In this document: positions 36,473 through 46,812 of the stretch, in pieces
Layout of the letters: each line of letters begins with the position of its first letter
Position numbering within the stretch: position 1 is the stretch's first letter
Virus record (IMG/VR): IMGVR_UViG_3300047678_000274
Location: 1,091 to 65,090 of that record
Direction: 5' to 3' (one strand)
Length of the DNA: 64,000 nucleotides
Origin: a virus
Taxonomy: Duplodnaviria; Caudoviricetes
The notes under the pieces: model-generated
What the model was told of the DNA's origin: nothing
What the model saw: the letters and a program-made list of their open reading frames with translations, nothing else
The model's database searches: none
Position numbers and translations under genes: made by a program

Positions 36473-38089
36473 ATGACGAAAAAACGTAGTGACGACTTCC
36501 ATTATCAGTCGGTTCCAGGCAAGACCAAACGTGCCTTCAATCTCAACAGATATCTTGAGAACTCAGATAAGAAGAGCGCCAAGAACACAGTTCTGTCAGG
36601 CGGCGAACATAATCCTGCCCCGATGCATCAGAGTGATGGGAAACGCGAAAAGATCGTGATCTCCAGCCCCGAAACCAAAGCCACAACGACAATGAAGATC
36701 AAAGAAAGTGTCTTCGAGCAAGAACAAGCCAAAAATCGTAAATCTGCTGAGGGTGAATACAAACGCTCGCACAAGAACGCCCTTGATTCCTCACGTGGTT
36801 ATCACGTAGACAACCAGCGTTACAGTCATACCTACGACAACGCAGGTAATCATTTTATGCATGTTACAACGCATGATGGGAAATTCTCCACCAAATTCGC
36901 AGTACACCACAAACCAGATGGTGTGAAGCTAGTTTTGGCTGGATACACACACAGCATGGGTGAAGGACGTGCCCTTACAGTTGCTCAGCGACTGCAACGT
37001 GGTCGCCAGCTGAAACGTATTGCTCCGAAGCTTAAGAGAGCGGCGAAACGCGCTCTTACTCAATCCCCAAGCTCAAGCCGTATTTGGAAGCGCTCTGAGC
37101 GAGCCGCCCGCAACGTTCTGAAGAAACGCTTCTCACCAGTCAAGGGTGTCCCTTATGCCAAACTTACAACCACACAGAAGATCTTCGTTGACAAGGCGCT
37201 CGAGAAGCGTCAGAAGTTGATCCGTAAAGTGGCAAAACGTCTGCTGCCTAAAGTGCGACAGGCCAGCTTCAAGCGTCTCCAAGCATACAGAGCCGGTACA
37301 GGCCGTAGCCGTCTTCGTGAGAACGAAGCGTTCGAAGCAGTATTCAATCAACGTCCTCTCCCACAAATCGTAGAGTCAATGATCATTAATATGGGTGATC
37401 ATCCAATGGCTGGCAGCCTAATGACTCTACTTGATCTTGCAGCTGAGAAAGATTCACCAGCAGTGAGATCTCTGAAAGAGAAAGCCGAAAGCATCAAAGT
37501 TCCTTTCGCGGAAATTCTCCAGGTGTACGCTGATGCTCTTCTTGAGTACAAGCGCACCGGATCAAAACTCTCGGGCGAGCAGTATGCATTTAACGCTGTG
37601 AATGTGTATGTCGCTGATCATAAAGCTCATTCTATCAATGAAAATTTTGAGAATATGGCCGAGAGCGTCTCCTTCAAATCACACGGTGAAGAAGAAGACG
37701 GACACCACCTTTTGTGGAAAGGCAAGAAGTATGGGGACCTAAAATTGGTTTCTAGTGGCATCTCACCATCAGATCACAAATACACTCTTCATAAATCAAA
37801 CGGTGAGCCTGTGAAAAATAAACGCAAACAGGTTGTTGCTTTAACAAAATCTCAGTGGCAGAAACACCTACATCCTCATTTTGAAAAGCATGATGCTCTT
37901 AAGTCTATGAAGACTGAAGAATCTGAAACCGATACTATGGTCAGTCACATGATTCAAACAGTAAAAGCTGTTGGTCCGAAGAATGTAGCTGGTGTTGCTA
38001 GAGAATATGCAAAAATATCAGCCAAGGAAGCTAAAGAAAAAGCTTCTGGTGTTCTAACCAAAATTCGCGCAGCGGCAAAGAGGAAATAA
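36473..38089 (+). CDS. Large basic protein, probably virion-internal
   Basis: ALTVAQR..R...KR..PK..R block; several candidate protease sites (IKE, LRE, INE, MAE). Confidence 0.65.
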   Translation: MTKKRSDDFHYQSVPGKTKRAFNLNRYLENSDKKSAKNTVLSGGEHNPAPMHQSDGKREKIVISSPETKATTTMKIKESVFEQEQAKNRKSAEGEYKRSHKNALDSSRGYHVDNQRYSHTYDNAGNHFMHVTTHDGKFSTKFAVHHKPDGVKLVLAGYTHSMGEGRALTVAQRLQRGRQLKRIAPKLKRAAKRALTQSPSSSRIWKRSERAARNVLKKRFSPVKGVPYAKLTTTQKIFVDKALEKRQKLIRKVAKRLLPKVRQASFKRLQAYRAGTGRSRLRENEAFEAVFNQRPLPQIVESMIINMGDHPMAGSLMTLLDLAAEKDSPAVRSLKEKAESIKVPFAEILQVYADALLEYKRTGSKLSGEQYAFNAVNVYVADHKAHSINENFENMAESVSFKSHGEEEDGHHLLWKGKKYGDLKLVSSGISPSDHKYTLHKSNGEPVKNKRKQVVALTKSQWQKHLHPHFEKHDALKSMKTEESETDTMVSHMIQTVKAVGPKNVAGVAREYAKISAKEAKEKASGVLTKIRAAAKRK

Positions 38090-38092
38090 GCT

Positions 38093-38710
38093 ATGTTCGG
38101 TGATCCACTAGATAAACAATTTTCAAAATCGCTGCTAGATGCAGCACGTAAAGTCGGTGAAAAAACTGCAGCTGATGCTAAGACAGCTAAGGAAGAAAAA
38201 GAACGTTATTACGTTGATGAAACTAGCAGATACCCAATTGCGTCAGCTGCAATTGCAGCGGCAAGACGTCAAAAAACTCCGTCGAAACGTATTGATCCAC
38301 GTGATCCAAAATCAGCTTTAAGTAGAGCTGAACGTGAGATGAATAGAAAAATCGCTTCTCGCAAAATGGCAGAAGATTCAGATCTATCTGAATCTGGTGT
38401 TAAAGATTCTCTATCAGGAAAAGATGTTGATAAAGCCTCTAGAGATTTTTCTGAAGTTTCTTATGCTCTAGATCACGTTAAAAATGCTAGAACAAACAAC
38501 ATCCTAGGTAAGCCTAAGAAGATCCAAGAGATCTTCGGCTGGGGTAATAAAAAACCGAAGCCTCTTGGTCCAGAGTATGCTCACGAAAAGACACGCTACT
38601 ACAACATGGGTAAAGCAGCTGCTAAAGCTGGTCTGCCTCCGAGACCACCTACAACAGCCCATCCAGATCTAGTAAAGCACTATCATCTCGGTCATGAAGA
38701 AAATTCGTAA
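38093..38710 (+). CDS. Basic protein, probably virion-internal
   Basis: SKSLLDAARKV; LSES, IQE candidate sites. Confidence 0.6.
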   Translation: MFGDPLDKQFSKSLLDAARKVGEKTAADAKTAKEEKERYYVDETSRYPIASAAIAAARRQKTPSKRIDPRDPKSALSRAEREMNRKIASRKMAEDSDLSESGVKDSLSGKDVDKASRDFSEVSYALDHVKNARTNNILGKPKKIQEIFGWGNKKPKPLGPEYAHEKTRYYNMGKAAAKAGLPPRPPTTAHPDLVKHYHLGHEENS

Positions 38711-38759
38711 TCCAAGTAACCGATAAATAAACAGAACCACTAATAAAGGAAGAAAACAT

Positions 38760-39719
38760 ATGCTTTGGGGTAACAAAGACAACACTGGTGCCAACACTGG
38801 TACGATTCAAATCTACGCCAACGGCCATGTCGCTGGTAATAGTACTCTGTTCACAACTGAGCTTAAGGTTGGGAACTATCTGATCACAAACAACACGAAG
38901 TATCTTGTTGTTGCGATCGCTAACACAACCGTGGCAAAGGTCCAAGCGGCGACTCTCGGCGCTGCAGTAGCTGCCGTAGATGCCGCAAACACCTTTATTG
39001 TGCAACAAGCTCCTGGCTTCGTTGCCAGTGCTGAGGTTGGCGCAAATGCTTCTGAGGTATACGGTATCGATGCTACAGAAGCCGCAGTTGCAAACGGTTC
39101 TCTGATTTCTATCCCAGTGTCATCACCGGGATCAGGATACACAGCTAATGCTGCGGTAACGGTAGGCGGAAACGGAACAGCTAACGGTCTTGCGAACTCA
39201 ACAGGACGCATCTCAACTGTTAACGTTGTACTTCCAGGCAACAGCTACTCCTCACCACCATCAGTAACTATTGCTGCGCCAGCTGCTCGTTCCTTCAACG
39301 CGAACACATCAGTAGCTTCTAACGGCTTTATCGCTTTCTCAACTAACGTGTTCCAGAATGGTGATATTGCTACGTATCTTGTGGCTGCAGGTAACACTGC
39401 TATTACTGAGCTTGCTAACAACACTCCATATTACGTTGTTGGTTCAAACTCGTCAGGTGTATATCTTGCTTCGACGCTAGGTGGAACTGCCATTACTCTA
39501 ACAAAGGGTCTTGGTGAAACAGGACACACCCTTACAGGTCAAACAGCTACAGCCGGTCTGCCAGTAATTTCTGGTCTAGCTGGTAAAGTTGCTCACGCTG
39601 GTTGGGTCCGTCGTGTTGTTGGAACAGGTGGACGTGCTGGACGTATCCAATATGAAACTCTTGTAGCATCCGGATCGATCTCTGGCGATGCTGAAGACAC
39701 GGTAGCAAAAGACGCCTAA
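38760..39719 (+). CDS. Virion structural protein (fibre/decoration-like)
   Basis: G/A/N/T-rich, PGSGYT motif, AHAGWV...GRAGR..YETLVA; GATAAATA and RBS. Confidence 0.7.
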   Translation: MLWGNKDNTGANTGTIQIYANGHVAGNSTLFTTELKVGNYLITNNTKYLVVAIANTTVAKVQAATLGAAVAAVDAANTFIVQQAPGFVASAEVGANASEVYGIDATEAAVANGSLISIPVSSPGSGYTANAAVTVGGNGTANGLANSTGRISTVNVVLPGNSYSSPPSVTIAAPAARSFNANTSVASNGFIAFSTNVFQNGDIATYLVAAGNTAITELANNTPYYVVGSNSSGVYLASTLGGTAITLTKGLGETGHTLTGQTATAGLPVISGLAGKVAHAGWVRRVVGTGGRAGRIQYETLVASGSISGDAEDTVAKDA

Positions 39720-39773
39720 ATTAAGTGGACCGGGTAAATATCACGCCCGGTCCATATCTTTCAAGGATAGACC

Positions 39774-40019
39774 ATGACTGACAATTCCAGATCAAAAACA
39801 ATTACCGAACTTCCGGTCTTGACTAGTTTTGATGCAAACGATCGCATCATCGTTCATGACTATAGCGCGAACACGACTAAACAAGCCACAAAAGCAGTTG
39901 TTCAAGTTGGTTTATTTTCTGGACCATACGCCAATGACGCTGCAGCTAACACAGCTGGTGTTATTGTCGGACAGCCATATTACAACGCAAATGGTGTAGT
40001 GTACGTTAGGTTACTATAA
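39774..40019 (+). CDS. Small structural-type protein
   Basis: KTITELP; YANDAAA..AGV..GQPY. Confidence 0.6.
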   Translation: MTDNSRSKTITELPVLTSFDANDRIIVHDYSANTTKQATKAVVQVGLFSGPYANDAAANTAGVIVGQPYYNANGVVYVRLL

Positions 40020-40606
40020 TGGGTATTCTTAAACATATCAAGGCCGCGATGCGTACGAAGTCTCCTCAAGAGAAAATTGAGGGACAACTCCGTAGAGAAC
40101 ATGGAGTTGTGAATGGTCATAGAAACAAGCATCTTGATTGGGACCCAGAAAATCAAAAAGTCCACGTTCTAACTTCGAAGAAGCCTTTTCTGGCAGGAAT
40201 ACTTGCTGGTAATCGTAAACACAGTGAAGGTTTGTGGCACACCAAGACATTTCATTGGAATGACAACCACAAACTAACGCACACGCAAAACTGGACAGAC
40301 CAAGATCATTGGCACAACCACGAACCGCCTATTCGTCGCATTGATGGTGTGCATCAAGAGAACGACAGAGTTGATCATATGCAAGAATCTGTGATCCAAT
40401 TTCCTGGCACTTATAGATTTCGTAAAGGTGATCGCGTAACACACCCAAGTCTTAAAGGTGTTCATGTAATTTACAGTCAACCTGATGGTAAGAATGCTGC
40501 TATTGTTCATCCTGAAGGACATAAGCCAGAAACAGATGTCGCAAAAGATCCTACAGGATTCGCTGGATATAAGCGCGTAGATCTTAAAGGTTTGAAAAAG
40601 GTATAA
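40019..40606 (+). CDS. His-rich hypothetical protein
   Basis: Internal MQES; FRKGDRVTH segment. Confidence 0.6.
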   Translation: MGILKHIKAAMRTKSPQEKIEGQLRREHGVVNGHRNKHLDWDPENQKVHVLTSKKPFLAGILAGNRKHSEGLWHTKTFHWNDNHKLTHTQNWTDQDHWHNHEPPIRRIDGVHQENDRVDHMQESVIQFPGTYRFRKGDRVTHPSLKGVHVIYSQPDGKNAAIVHPEGHKPETDVAKDPTGFAGYKRVDLKGLKKV

Positions 40607-40662
40607 GACTTGTGGATACGATTTATTCCAAGAGGTCCTTATAATAAACAAGTTGTTGTATC

Positions 40663-41052
40663 GTGATAGAAGAATTATCAGAAGTAAATTTTGTTATCTT
40701 TGCCGCGAAACACTACGATAATCCGCAGTGTCTCAGCACAGTTGAATTTCTAGAGGACCTTAGTCGATTTAAGTACCTCAAGAAACTCTTTAATCGGTAT
40801 GATGAAACAGGTGAGCTCAAGGAACGCCTGATTCTGAATCACTTGATCGTGCTGTATAACTGTTTTGAGCATGAGACGACTAGGATGTTGTGGCTGAAGA
40901 TGCCGGAATATGGTAAGTACCTGAAGCCTTTCGTGGTTTATCTAAATAGGATGCCAGAGAAGATCGAAGAGATCGGTATCGAGAAGAAGACTATCATCGC
41001 CAGTAATGTCGGCATGGATAAGAAGATCGTAGAAGCACTTAGGAGACTATAA
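40663..41052 (+). CDS. Conserved T4-like phage protein
   Basis: NF..FAAKHYDNPQC...EF.EDL.RFKYLK.L..RY...GELKERLILNH. Confidence 0.8.
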   Translation: MIEELSEVNFVIFAAKHYDNPQCLSTVEFLEDLSRFKYLKKLFNRYDETGELKERLILNHLIVLYNCFEHETTRMLWLKMPEYGKYLKPFVVYLNRMPEKIEEIGIEKKTIIASNVGMDKKIVEALRRL

Positions 41053-41417
41053 TGGAAGAAGCCTTAGCCAAGTACAAGTCTCGTCGCAAGCCGTTGCATC
41101 GTAAGATTGTGCGCAAACGCTCTGTGCTTCGTAATGGAACGGAGCTTCTTTCGTTCTCAGATTTCATGGCAGAATCAGAAGACAGACCTCTTAGCATCAG
41201 CAGTTGGCCAACAGGCGGACGAAACGCTCCGCATGAAGTGCGTTGGTTAAAAAACAAGATTTCTAATTTTGAACCTGAATACACTGCGTATATGAAATCT
41301 CGTGGTGAACGTCACGGAACAAAGCCTAAAGTTCATAAACACATTTTAGATTTAGAACGTCAAATCAAAGAACGTGGTGGTGTTCCTGACAATCATCCTT
41401 GGATTAAGCGTGATTAA
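41052..41417 (+). CDS. Basic protein with internal capsid-targeting-like motif
   Basis: LLSFSDFMAES at aa 32-42. Confidence 0.55.
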   Translation: MEEALAKYKSRRKPLHRKIVRKRSVLRNGTELLSFSDFMAESEDRPLSISSWPTGGRNAPHEVRWLKNKISNFEPEYTAYMKSRGERHGTKPKVHKHILDLERQIKERGGVPDNHPWIKRD

Positions 41418-42247
41418 TGATCCACTGGTCCCACAATAAAGGCCATCTAGTCGTATTTCACGGGACGCACATTGATAACGTTCCGGAGATAATGAGGAGT
41501 GGTATCAACAACAAAGATCCAAAGACAGGCATGGTGTCTGTCGCTATTGGTTCTCATGCTCAAAACATCGCGCACGGTTATGCTGCTATGTCTGGTGAAC
41601 ACGGCTTTCGCCAAGCTGGCCAAAGAGTCACCACAGTACCACACGAACAAAGAGCTATTGTAACGGCCCATCTCCCTATGGATTGGGTTCACAAGAACGT
41701 AGATAGAAACTTCGGTGGGAATCCCACTGATGTTAGACACCGTCTTGCTGATCCAGAACTGCACATGCAACACGTCGTACATACTGGGAGCGACTTCTCT
41801 CCTACTGAGACACCTGAGCTCAGATTCAAGCAGGCAATACCAGCTAAATATATAAAAGGTTGGACTCAAAAGGGAAAGAAAATGAAGTCGTTTAAAGAAT
41901 TCAGTGAAGGCGTAAGAAACTTTCCGATTGAAGATGGCGGGCCTTTCCACATTTATAGAATGGGTGGACAATATCTTCATAGATGGAAAAAGCACACGGA
42001 TATTGGCTACTCTGATGAGAGTCGTGCAATTCGTGCTGCCAGAAAAGAATTCGGCGCCAGCAGAGAAGCCAAGCATCCTTGGAAAGTAATCCAACATGAT
42101 GTGGATGAAGAAGTAGTAGCCAACGCGATGTCCGCGCAAGCTCCTTCAGCAATTGCAAATCCAAACAACAGAAAACTATTTGGTGGAAAAACCAGTTTCG
42201 TTCGAAAACGCATAAAACAAATTCGAAATGAACCCGGTGCTTCGTAA
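41417..42247 (+). CDS. ADP-ribosyltransferase-like domain plus second domain starting MKSFKEFSE
   Basis: VFHGT...I...GI..., AHGYA, PELRF...IP..YI; internal ATG 41882. Confidence 0.55.
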   Translation: MIHWSHNKGHLVVFHGTHIDNVPEIMRSGINNKDPKTGMVSVAIGSHAQNIAHGYAAMSGEHGFRQAGQRVTTVPHEQRAIVTAHLPMDWVHKNVDRNFGGNPTDVRHRLADPELHMQHVVHTGSDFSPTETPELRFKQAIPAKYIKGWTQKGKKMKSFKEFSEGVRNFPIEDGGPFHIYRMGGQYLHRWKKHTDIGYSDESRAIRAARKEFGASREAKHPWKVIQHDVDEEVVANAMSAQAPSAIANPNNRKLFGGKTSFVRKRIKQIRNEPGAS

Positions 42248-42258
42248 AGGATCATAAG

Positions 42259-42732
42259 ATGAAGATTCCATGGTGGGTGTATCTTATGGCGTTAGCTGCG
42301 TTCGGGGGTGTTCTCGGCGCTGGCTATATGTATTTTGATTACACCCAAAAACAAATCAGCACATTATCACAAGATTTAGGGACACTTAAGGTCGCTAATA
42401 AGTTGCAAGACGAAGCGATTGTATCTATCAAGGAAGCCAATGCTAGCATTAAAGTAATCGCAGAGGCTATTCAATCTCAGCAAGCAGAATCAGAAGCAGC
42501 TGTGGTCGCCCTTGAGCGTAAGTTTACCAAAATTACAGTAGATGGACAACGTGATCTAGGCAAACTTGCCGAAGCACGACCAGTTTCTATTGAGCGTATT
42601 GTAAATGAAGGGACCGACAAGGTCTTCCGTTGTGTAGAAATTTCAACGGGTTCGAAGTTGTCTGTAGAAGAGAAGAAAGAATATGATGACACTGGCAAAA
42701 TTCGCGACTGTCCTGGGCTTGTTATCCCTTAG
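42259..42732 (+). CDS. Inner-membrane spanin (i-spanin)
   Basis: N-terminal TM plus long coiled coil; overlaps a lipoprotein gene. Confidence 0.7.
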   Translation: MKIPWWVYLMALAAFGGVLGAGYMYFDYTQKQISTLSQDLGTLKVANKLQDEAIVSIKEANASIKVIAEAIQSQQAESEAAVVALERKFTKITVDGQRDLGKLAEARPVSIERIVNEGTDKVFRCVEISTGSKLSVEEKKEYDDTGKIRDCPGLVIP

Positions 42733-43033
42733 TGCTTGTGCCACCAAGCCTCTGGAAGTAACTGTTGCTCCGATCGAAAAGCCTATCCTGCTACTGCCAG
42801 GAATTAGAGCTGTGGACATGCGTGAAATCAAATGGATGATTGTCACTCCAGAGAACGCCGTAGCTGTGTTTGCGGCTCTTGAGAAGAGTGGAACTAACCC
42901 GGTCCTATTTGCTCTGACGGATGACGGCTATCAAGCTCTTTCTCTCAATTTCGCCGACCTGCAACGTTACATTAACGATAAGAACGGAGCCGTTATCGGT
43001 TACAAGGACTATTACGAGAAGCCCAAAGACTAA
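42683..43033 (+). CDS. Outer-membrane spanin lipoprotein (o-spanin)
   Basis: LSAC lipobox; Y..LSLN...L.RYI......I..Y..YY. Confidence 0.7.
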   Translation: MMTLAKFATVLGLLSLSACATKPLEVTVAPIEKPILLLPGIRAVDMREIKWMIVTPENAVAVFAALEKSGTNPVLFALTDDGYQALSLNFADLQRYINDKNGAVIGYKDYYEKPKD

Positions 43034-43054
43034 ATAGACATTACTAGCTAGAGG

Positions 43055-43282
43055 TTGACTATGCCGGATCTAACACCAGATCAAGACACTCAGGATGCGA
43101 CAAAGAAGTCGCTGACCAACCTCATCGCGTCGATGTTAATCCGCTATCGCTCCCAGAAGGATGCGCCTGTAAAAGAAATTCTAATGTTGATTGCAGCATT
43201 AACAATGTTGAATTCGCCAAACGGTTCGGTTAACTACACCGTCGCGACGGCGAGACGCCTAATTTCTGGAACAGGAAAATAA
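43055..43282 (+). CDS. Small hypothetical protein
   Basis: RBS GAGG; CTAAATA upstream. Confidence 0.55.
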   Translation: MTMPDLTPDQDTQDATKKSLTNLIASMLIRYRSQKDAPVKEILMLIAALTMLNSPNGSVNYTVATARRLISGTGK

Positions 43283-43286
43283 CAAC

Positions 43287-43637
43287 ATGGAGATGTCAAC
43301 ACTTCTTGAGGAAATTATGTGGTTTGGTTCGATGGCTCTTGTGGCGATCCTATCGTTCATATTCAGTTTTAAATTGAAGAATTATGAAACTGAACGAGCA
43401 GCAATGCCAAAGATCAATTTCACAGAAGGTAGTCGCCTTTTTCTAATCTTAGGAATAAACTACGCGGTAATTGCCATCGCATGTGCGTGTTTATCAATGT
43501 TCTCCGGGCCGGAAATTTTCGATAGAATTAGAATTATTCTCAACGAATGGTGGTTGCTTGAGCTGTTCATATTCTTTAATCTCATAACCTCTTATTGTCT
43601 GTACACAGCAATCAAGAGGGTCGTCGTGAATGTCTAA
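43287..43637 (+). CDS. 3-TM membrane protein
   Basis: Three hydrophobic segments; apparent paralogue of next ORF (IFF/W N...LY/W.A.KR). Confidence 0.65.
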   Translation: MEMSTLLEEIMWFGSMALVAILSFIFSFKLKNYETERAAMPKINFTEGSRLFLILGINYAVIAIACACLSMFSGPEIFDRIRIILNEWWLLELFIFFNLITSYCLYTAIKRVVVNV

Positions 43638-43983
43638 TCTTATTGTAAGTATAGAATTGTGGATTTGGTTTCTGACTCACATCGGGGTCGGAGTAATGAA
43701 TTATATGTTTCTCCACAAACTTCAAAGTAGAGAAGCTAAAGAGTATCCAGTCAAACTCGCCATTCCCAACATAAACTTAAACGTAGCTAAAAAACTGACC
43801 TTTGATTCAGGAACGGCACATCTTATGTACGCCGTTTTTGTCATTACTGGAATAATGTTTTTTGATTGGGTTGAAAAACCACTTTTTCAATCACAATTCA
43901 TACCTGGAATTTTTATCTTCTGGAACATCAAATACATATATGATCTATGGATAGCAGTTAAAAGATACGTTGTTGTAATATGA
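43630..43983 (+). CDS. 3-TM membrane protein
   Basis: Three hydrophobic segments. Confidence 0.65.
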   Translation: MSNLIVSIELWIWFLTHIGVGVMNYMFLHKLQSREAKEYPVKLAIPNINLNVAKKLTFDSGTAHLMYAVFVITGIMFFDWVEKPLFQSQFIPGIFIFWNIKYIYDLWIAVKRYVVVI

Positions 43984-44627
43984 CATTAGAAGAATTTTTC
44001 CAGCTGGTTTCAACTTCGATTCCAACAATACTTACAATCGCAACTCCGATTGGTGGTGCAATTGTGTGGATTGTTGCAGAGCGTAGAAAATACAAGAAAG
44101 ATCAAGCAGCCAAAGATTTAAGCGAAGCAGATCGCGAACGTTCTTACGCCGAACGTGTAACAAATCGTCTTAAAACTGCAGAAGAAACCATCGAACGTAT
44201 AACGCTTGATCTTGTGGAAGAACGACTTAAACACAACGCTAGCCTAGTTCCATCTGATGTGCTTAAGACTATCGTTGACAATGACCCAGGTATCTCTTGG
44301 GTCAAACGCCGTGTGAAGGAAGGTCTCTTCCAGATGGTTCGCTGTTCTCAGGGATACGCAAAGGTTATTCTGAAGGGACCAGCAGAACTCTATGATGGAA
44401 AAACAGATTATGATATTTGGCCAAAAGAAACAGCGGAAATTTTCTCTAAGAACGATGAATCGGTCTATAAGACACAAGAAGGCCAGCATATTGTGGAACC
44501 CACACCTGATGGACGGTTTATAGGGCGCAAGTTTCCAATTCGCCTTATGGATGGACGGGATTACATCGTTGGGATCGGGGTTTATGAGGTTAATCCAACA
44601 GTTGTTGTTGAAGATAAAAAAGACTAA
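43980..44627 (+). CDS. Single-TM coiled-coil protein with PAS-like domain
   Basis: D.DPGISWVK...GKTDYDIWP.ETAE.F..ND..V...KFPI....IVGIG. Confidence 0.65.
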   Translation: MTLEEFFQLVSTSIPTILTIATPIGGAIVWIVAERRKYKKDQAAKDLSEADRERSYAERVTNRLKTAEETIERITLDLVEERLKHNASLVPSDVLKTIVDNDPGISWVKRRVKEGLFQMVRCSQGYAKVILKGPAELYDGKTDYDIWPKETAEIFSKNDESVYKTQEGQHIVEPTPDGRFIGRKFPIRLMDGRDYIVGIGVYEVNPTVVVEDKKD

Positions 44628-44636
44628 GAAAAACGC

Positions 44637-44664
44637 TTGCTTTCTCCAGCAAAAGCAGTATAAT
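44637..44664 (+). promoter_or_regulatory. Sigma70-like promoter
   Basis: TTGCTT-N16-TATAAT. Confidence 0.7.
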
Positions 44665-44695
44665 CACTGATGTGGTCACTATAGATCGGTGAAAT

Positions 44696-45799
44696 ATGTC
44701 TCAAGATAATCTATGGCTCGAAAACAAGTATGTGATGCTTGTATCGTCCCGATTAAGAAACTTCAAGAAAAAGACTGCTCTTCGCACGGTGTATAACTTC
44801 TCATGTCCCTTTTGTGGTGACTCTGAGGAGAATAAACGCCGTGCTAGAGCATACATATTTCCCAAGAAGGGTGTACTAAAGTATTTCTGTCACAAGTGTA
44901 ACAAGTCCGATAAGTTCATTTACATCCTGAAGGAACTTGACCAACAATTGTGGCGTGAAGCTCTGAAGGATTTACTCGTCAACAAGATTAAGTCCAGACC
45001 AAAATCTAACGTCGAAAAATTTGCTATGAAGATGAAGAAACCATCATTCGTGAAAGGTACTGTGCTGAACGAGTTCACAAAGATCTCAGCACTCCCAGTA
45101 AAACACCCTGCGAAGCAGTACATAGTGAAGCGTATGATTCCTTCAAAGGAACACTTCAAGCTTTTCTATTGTGAGAAATTCAAGACATTCACCAATGCTC
45201 TGCTTCCGGGTAAGTTCGAACACCCGGAAGATGACGAGCCACGTATCATCATCCCATTCTTGGATGAAGACAAAAACCTCGTCGGGTACCAAGGTAGATC
45301 TCTGGATCCTGATGCTGAAATCCGATACATCTCAATTATGCTTCAAGAGGATGCGGCTAAGGTCTATGGTCTTGATACGGTGGATAAGTCAAAAACCGTG
45401 TATCTCACAGAAGGTCCGTTCGATGCCATGTTCCTACCTAATTCAATTGCCGCTGCTGGTGGTAATCTAACTGCGACAATTAGCTTGACAAAAATTCCAA
45501 GAAGGAATATAGTAGTGGTCTACGATAATGAACCCCGCAACAAACACATCGTTAAGCAGAACAAGACTGCTATCGAGCAGGGGTTCAAAGTTGTCATCTG
45601 GCCGGAAGGCTTAGAGTACAAGGATATCAACCAGATGGTCCTTGCGAACTACTCACCGGAAAAGATCCTTGGTATCATCCAAGAGAATACCTTTGCTGGT
45701 ATGGAAGCCTTACTCATCCTGAGTAAACGTAAGAAGTGTGATCTTGATGAAGGAAAAAGACACTTCTTTCACAGAGGCAACCACTACGATATCAGATAA
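44696..45799 (+). CDS. 61: DNA primase gp61
   Basis: NFSCPFCGDS...CHKC Zn finger; PRIIIPF, YQGRSL, TEGPFDAMF, YDNEPRN, KDIN. Confidence 0.95.
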   Translation: MSQDNLWLENKYVMLVSSRLRNFKKKTALRTVYNFSCPFCGDSEENKRRARAYIFPKKGVLKYFCHKCNKSDKFIYILKELDQQLWREALKDLLVNKIKSRPKSNVEKFAMKMKKPSFVKGTVLNEFTKISALPVKHPAKQYIVKRMIPSKEHFKLFYCEKFKTFTNALLPGKFEHPEDDEPRIIIPFLDEDKNLVGYQGRSLDPDAEIRYISIMLQEDAAKVYGLDTVDKSKTVYLTEGPFDAMFLPNSIAAAGGNLTATISLTKIPRRNIVVVYDNEPRNKHIVKQNKTAIEQGFKVVIWPEGLEYKDINQMVLANYSPEKILGIIQENTFAGMEALLILSKRKKCDLDEGKRHFFHRGNHYDIR

Positions 45800-45876
45800 T
45801 TCGAGCATCCACTTGCAATAGCATCGGGTGCTAAACTTGTTACACCAAAAGAATTAGTAAGAAAGATGATCAAGAA

Positions 45877-46812
45877 ATGAATGACGATGTTCCGTTCTAC
45901 AATCGCCACGACTCCGTCTACCATTCCCTCCTGAAGAAAATCCTTCATGTCGGTGTGCGTCGTAAGAACCGCACCGGCGTCGATACCATTGGTATCTTCG
46001 GTGAGCAGATCGAGTTTGATCTGAAAGACACATTCCCGGCTCTGACAACAAAGCGTATGGCATGGCGCGCGATTGTTTCTGAGCTCATCTGGTTCCTGCA
46101 TGGCGATCAAGATGAACGCTCGCTGGCTTCACTGGTTCACGGCATTCAATTCGGTGATCAACAACAACTTGAAGATAGCTTTGCAACGCATCGTACAATC
46201 TGGACGGACAACGTTGAGGCTGACTACTGGGTCAATCGCAACAAGCAAATGTATGTTGGTGATGCTGGGCGCATCTATGGTGTACAATGGCGCTTCTGGG
46301 AAACTTTTCGCAACGGCCAAGTCGAAACGGTTGACCAGATCGACAACCTCATTGAAGGTTTGAAGAAAGATCCGTATGGTCGTCGTCACATTATCAGTGC
46401 CTGGAACCCAGGTGAACTTGACAACATGTGTTTACCGCCTTGCCACATCCTTGCTCAGTTCAACGTAACCAATGATGGTTACCTTGAGTGCATGATGTTC
46501 CAACGTTCCGTGGATACGTTCCTCGGCCTTCCCTTCAACATCGCCAGCTATGCTCTTCTGACTTACATCATCGCGGCAGTTACTGGGCTGAAACCCGGTC
46601 GACTTATTATGTCGCTCGGTGATGTGCACATCTACGAGAATCACGTCGATCAAGTTAAAGAACAACTACAACGCGAATACCGTGCCGAGCCAAAGCTAAT
46701 CATCCCATCATTCGATAAAGGTCTACCTGTTTGGTTACCGATGTACCCAAATGAGTTTGTCCTTGTGAACTACAACCCACACCCTAGCATAAAAGCCCCA
46801 ATGGCTGTTTAA
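45877..46812 (+). CDS. td: Thymidylate synthase ThyA
   Basis: NRTGVDT, YGVQWR, RRHIISAWN, LPPCH, QRSVDTFLGLPFN, HIYENH, APMAV. Confidence 0.96.
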   Translation: MNDDVPFYNRHDSVYHSLLKKILHVGVRRKNRTGVDTIGIFGEQIEFDLKDTFPALTTKRMAWRAIVSELIWFLHGDQDERSLASLVHGIQFGDQQQLEDSFATHRTIWTDNVEADYWVNRNKQMYVGDAGRIYGVQWRFWETFRNGQVETVDQIDNLIEGLKKDPYGRRHIISAWNPGELDNMCLPPCHILAQFNVTNDGYLECMMFQRSVDTFLGLPFNIASYALLTYIIAAVTGLKPGRLIMSLGDVHIYENHVDQVKEQLQREYRAEPKLIIPSFDKGLPVWLPMYPNEFVLVNYNPHPSIKAPMAV

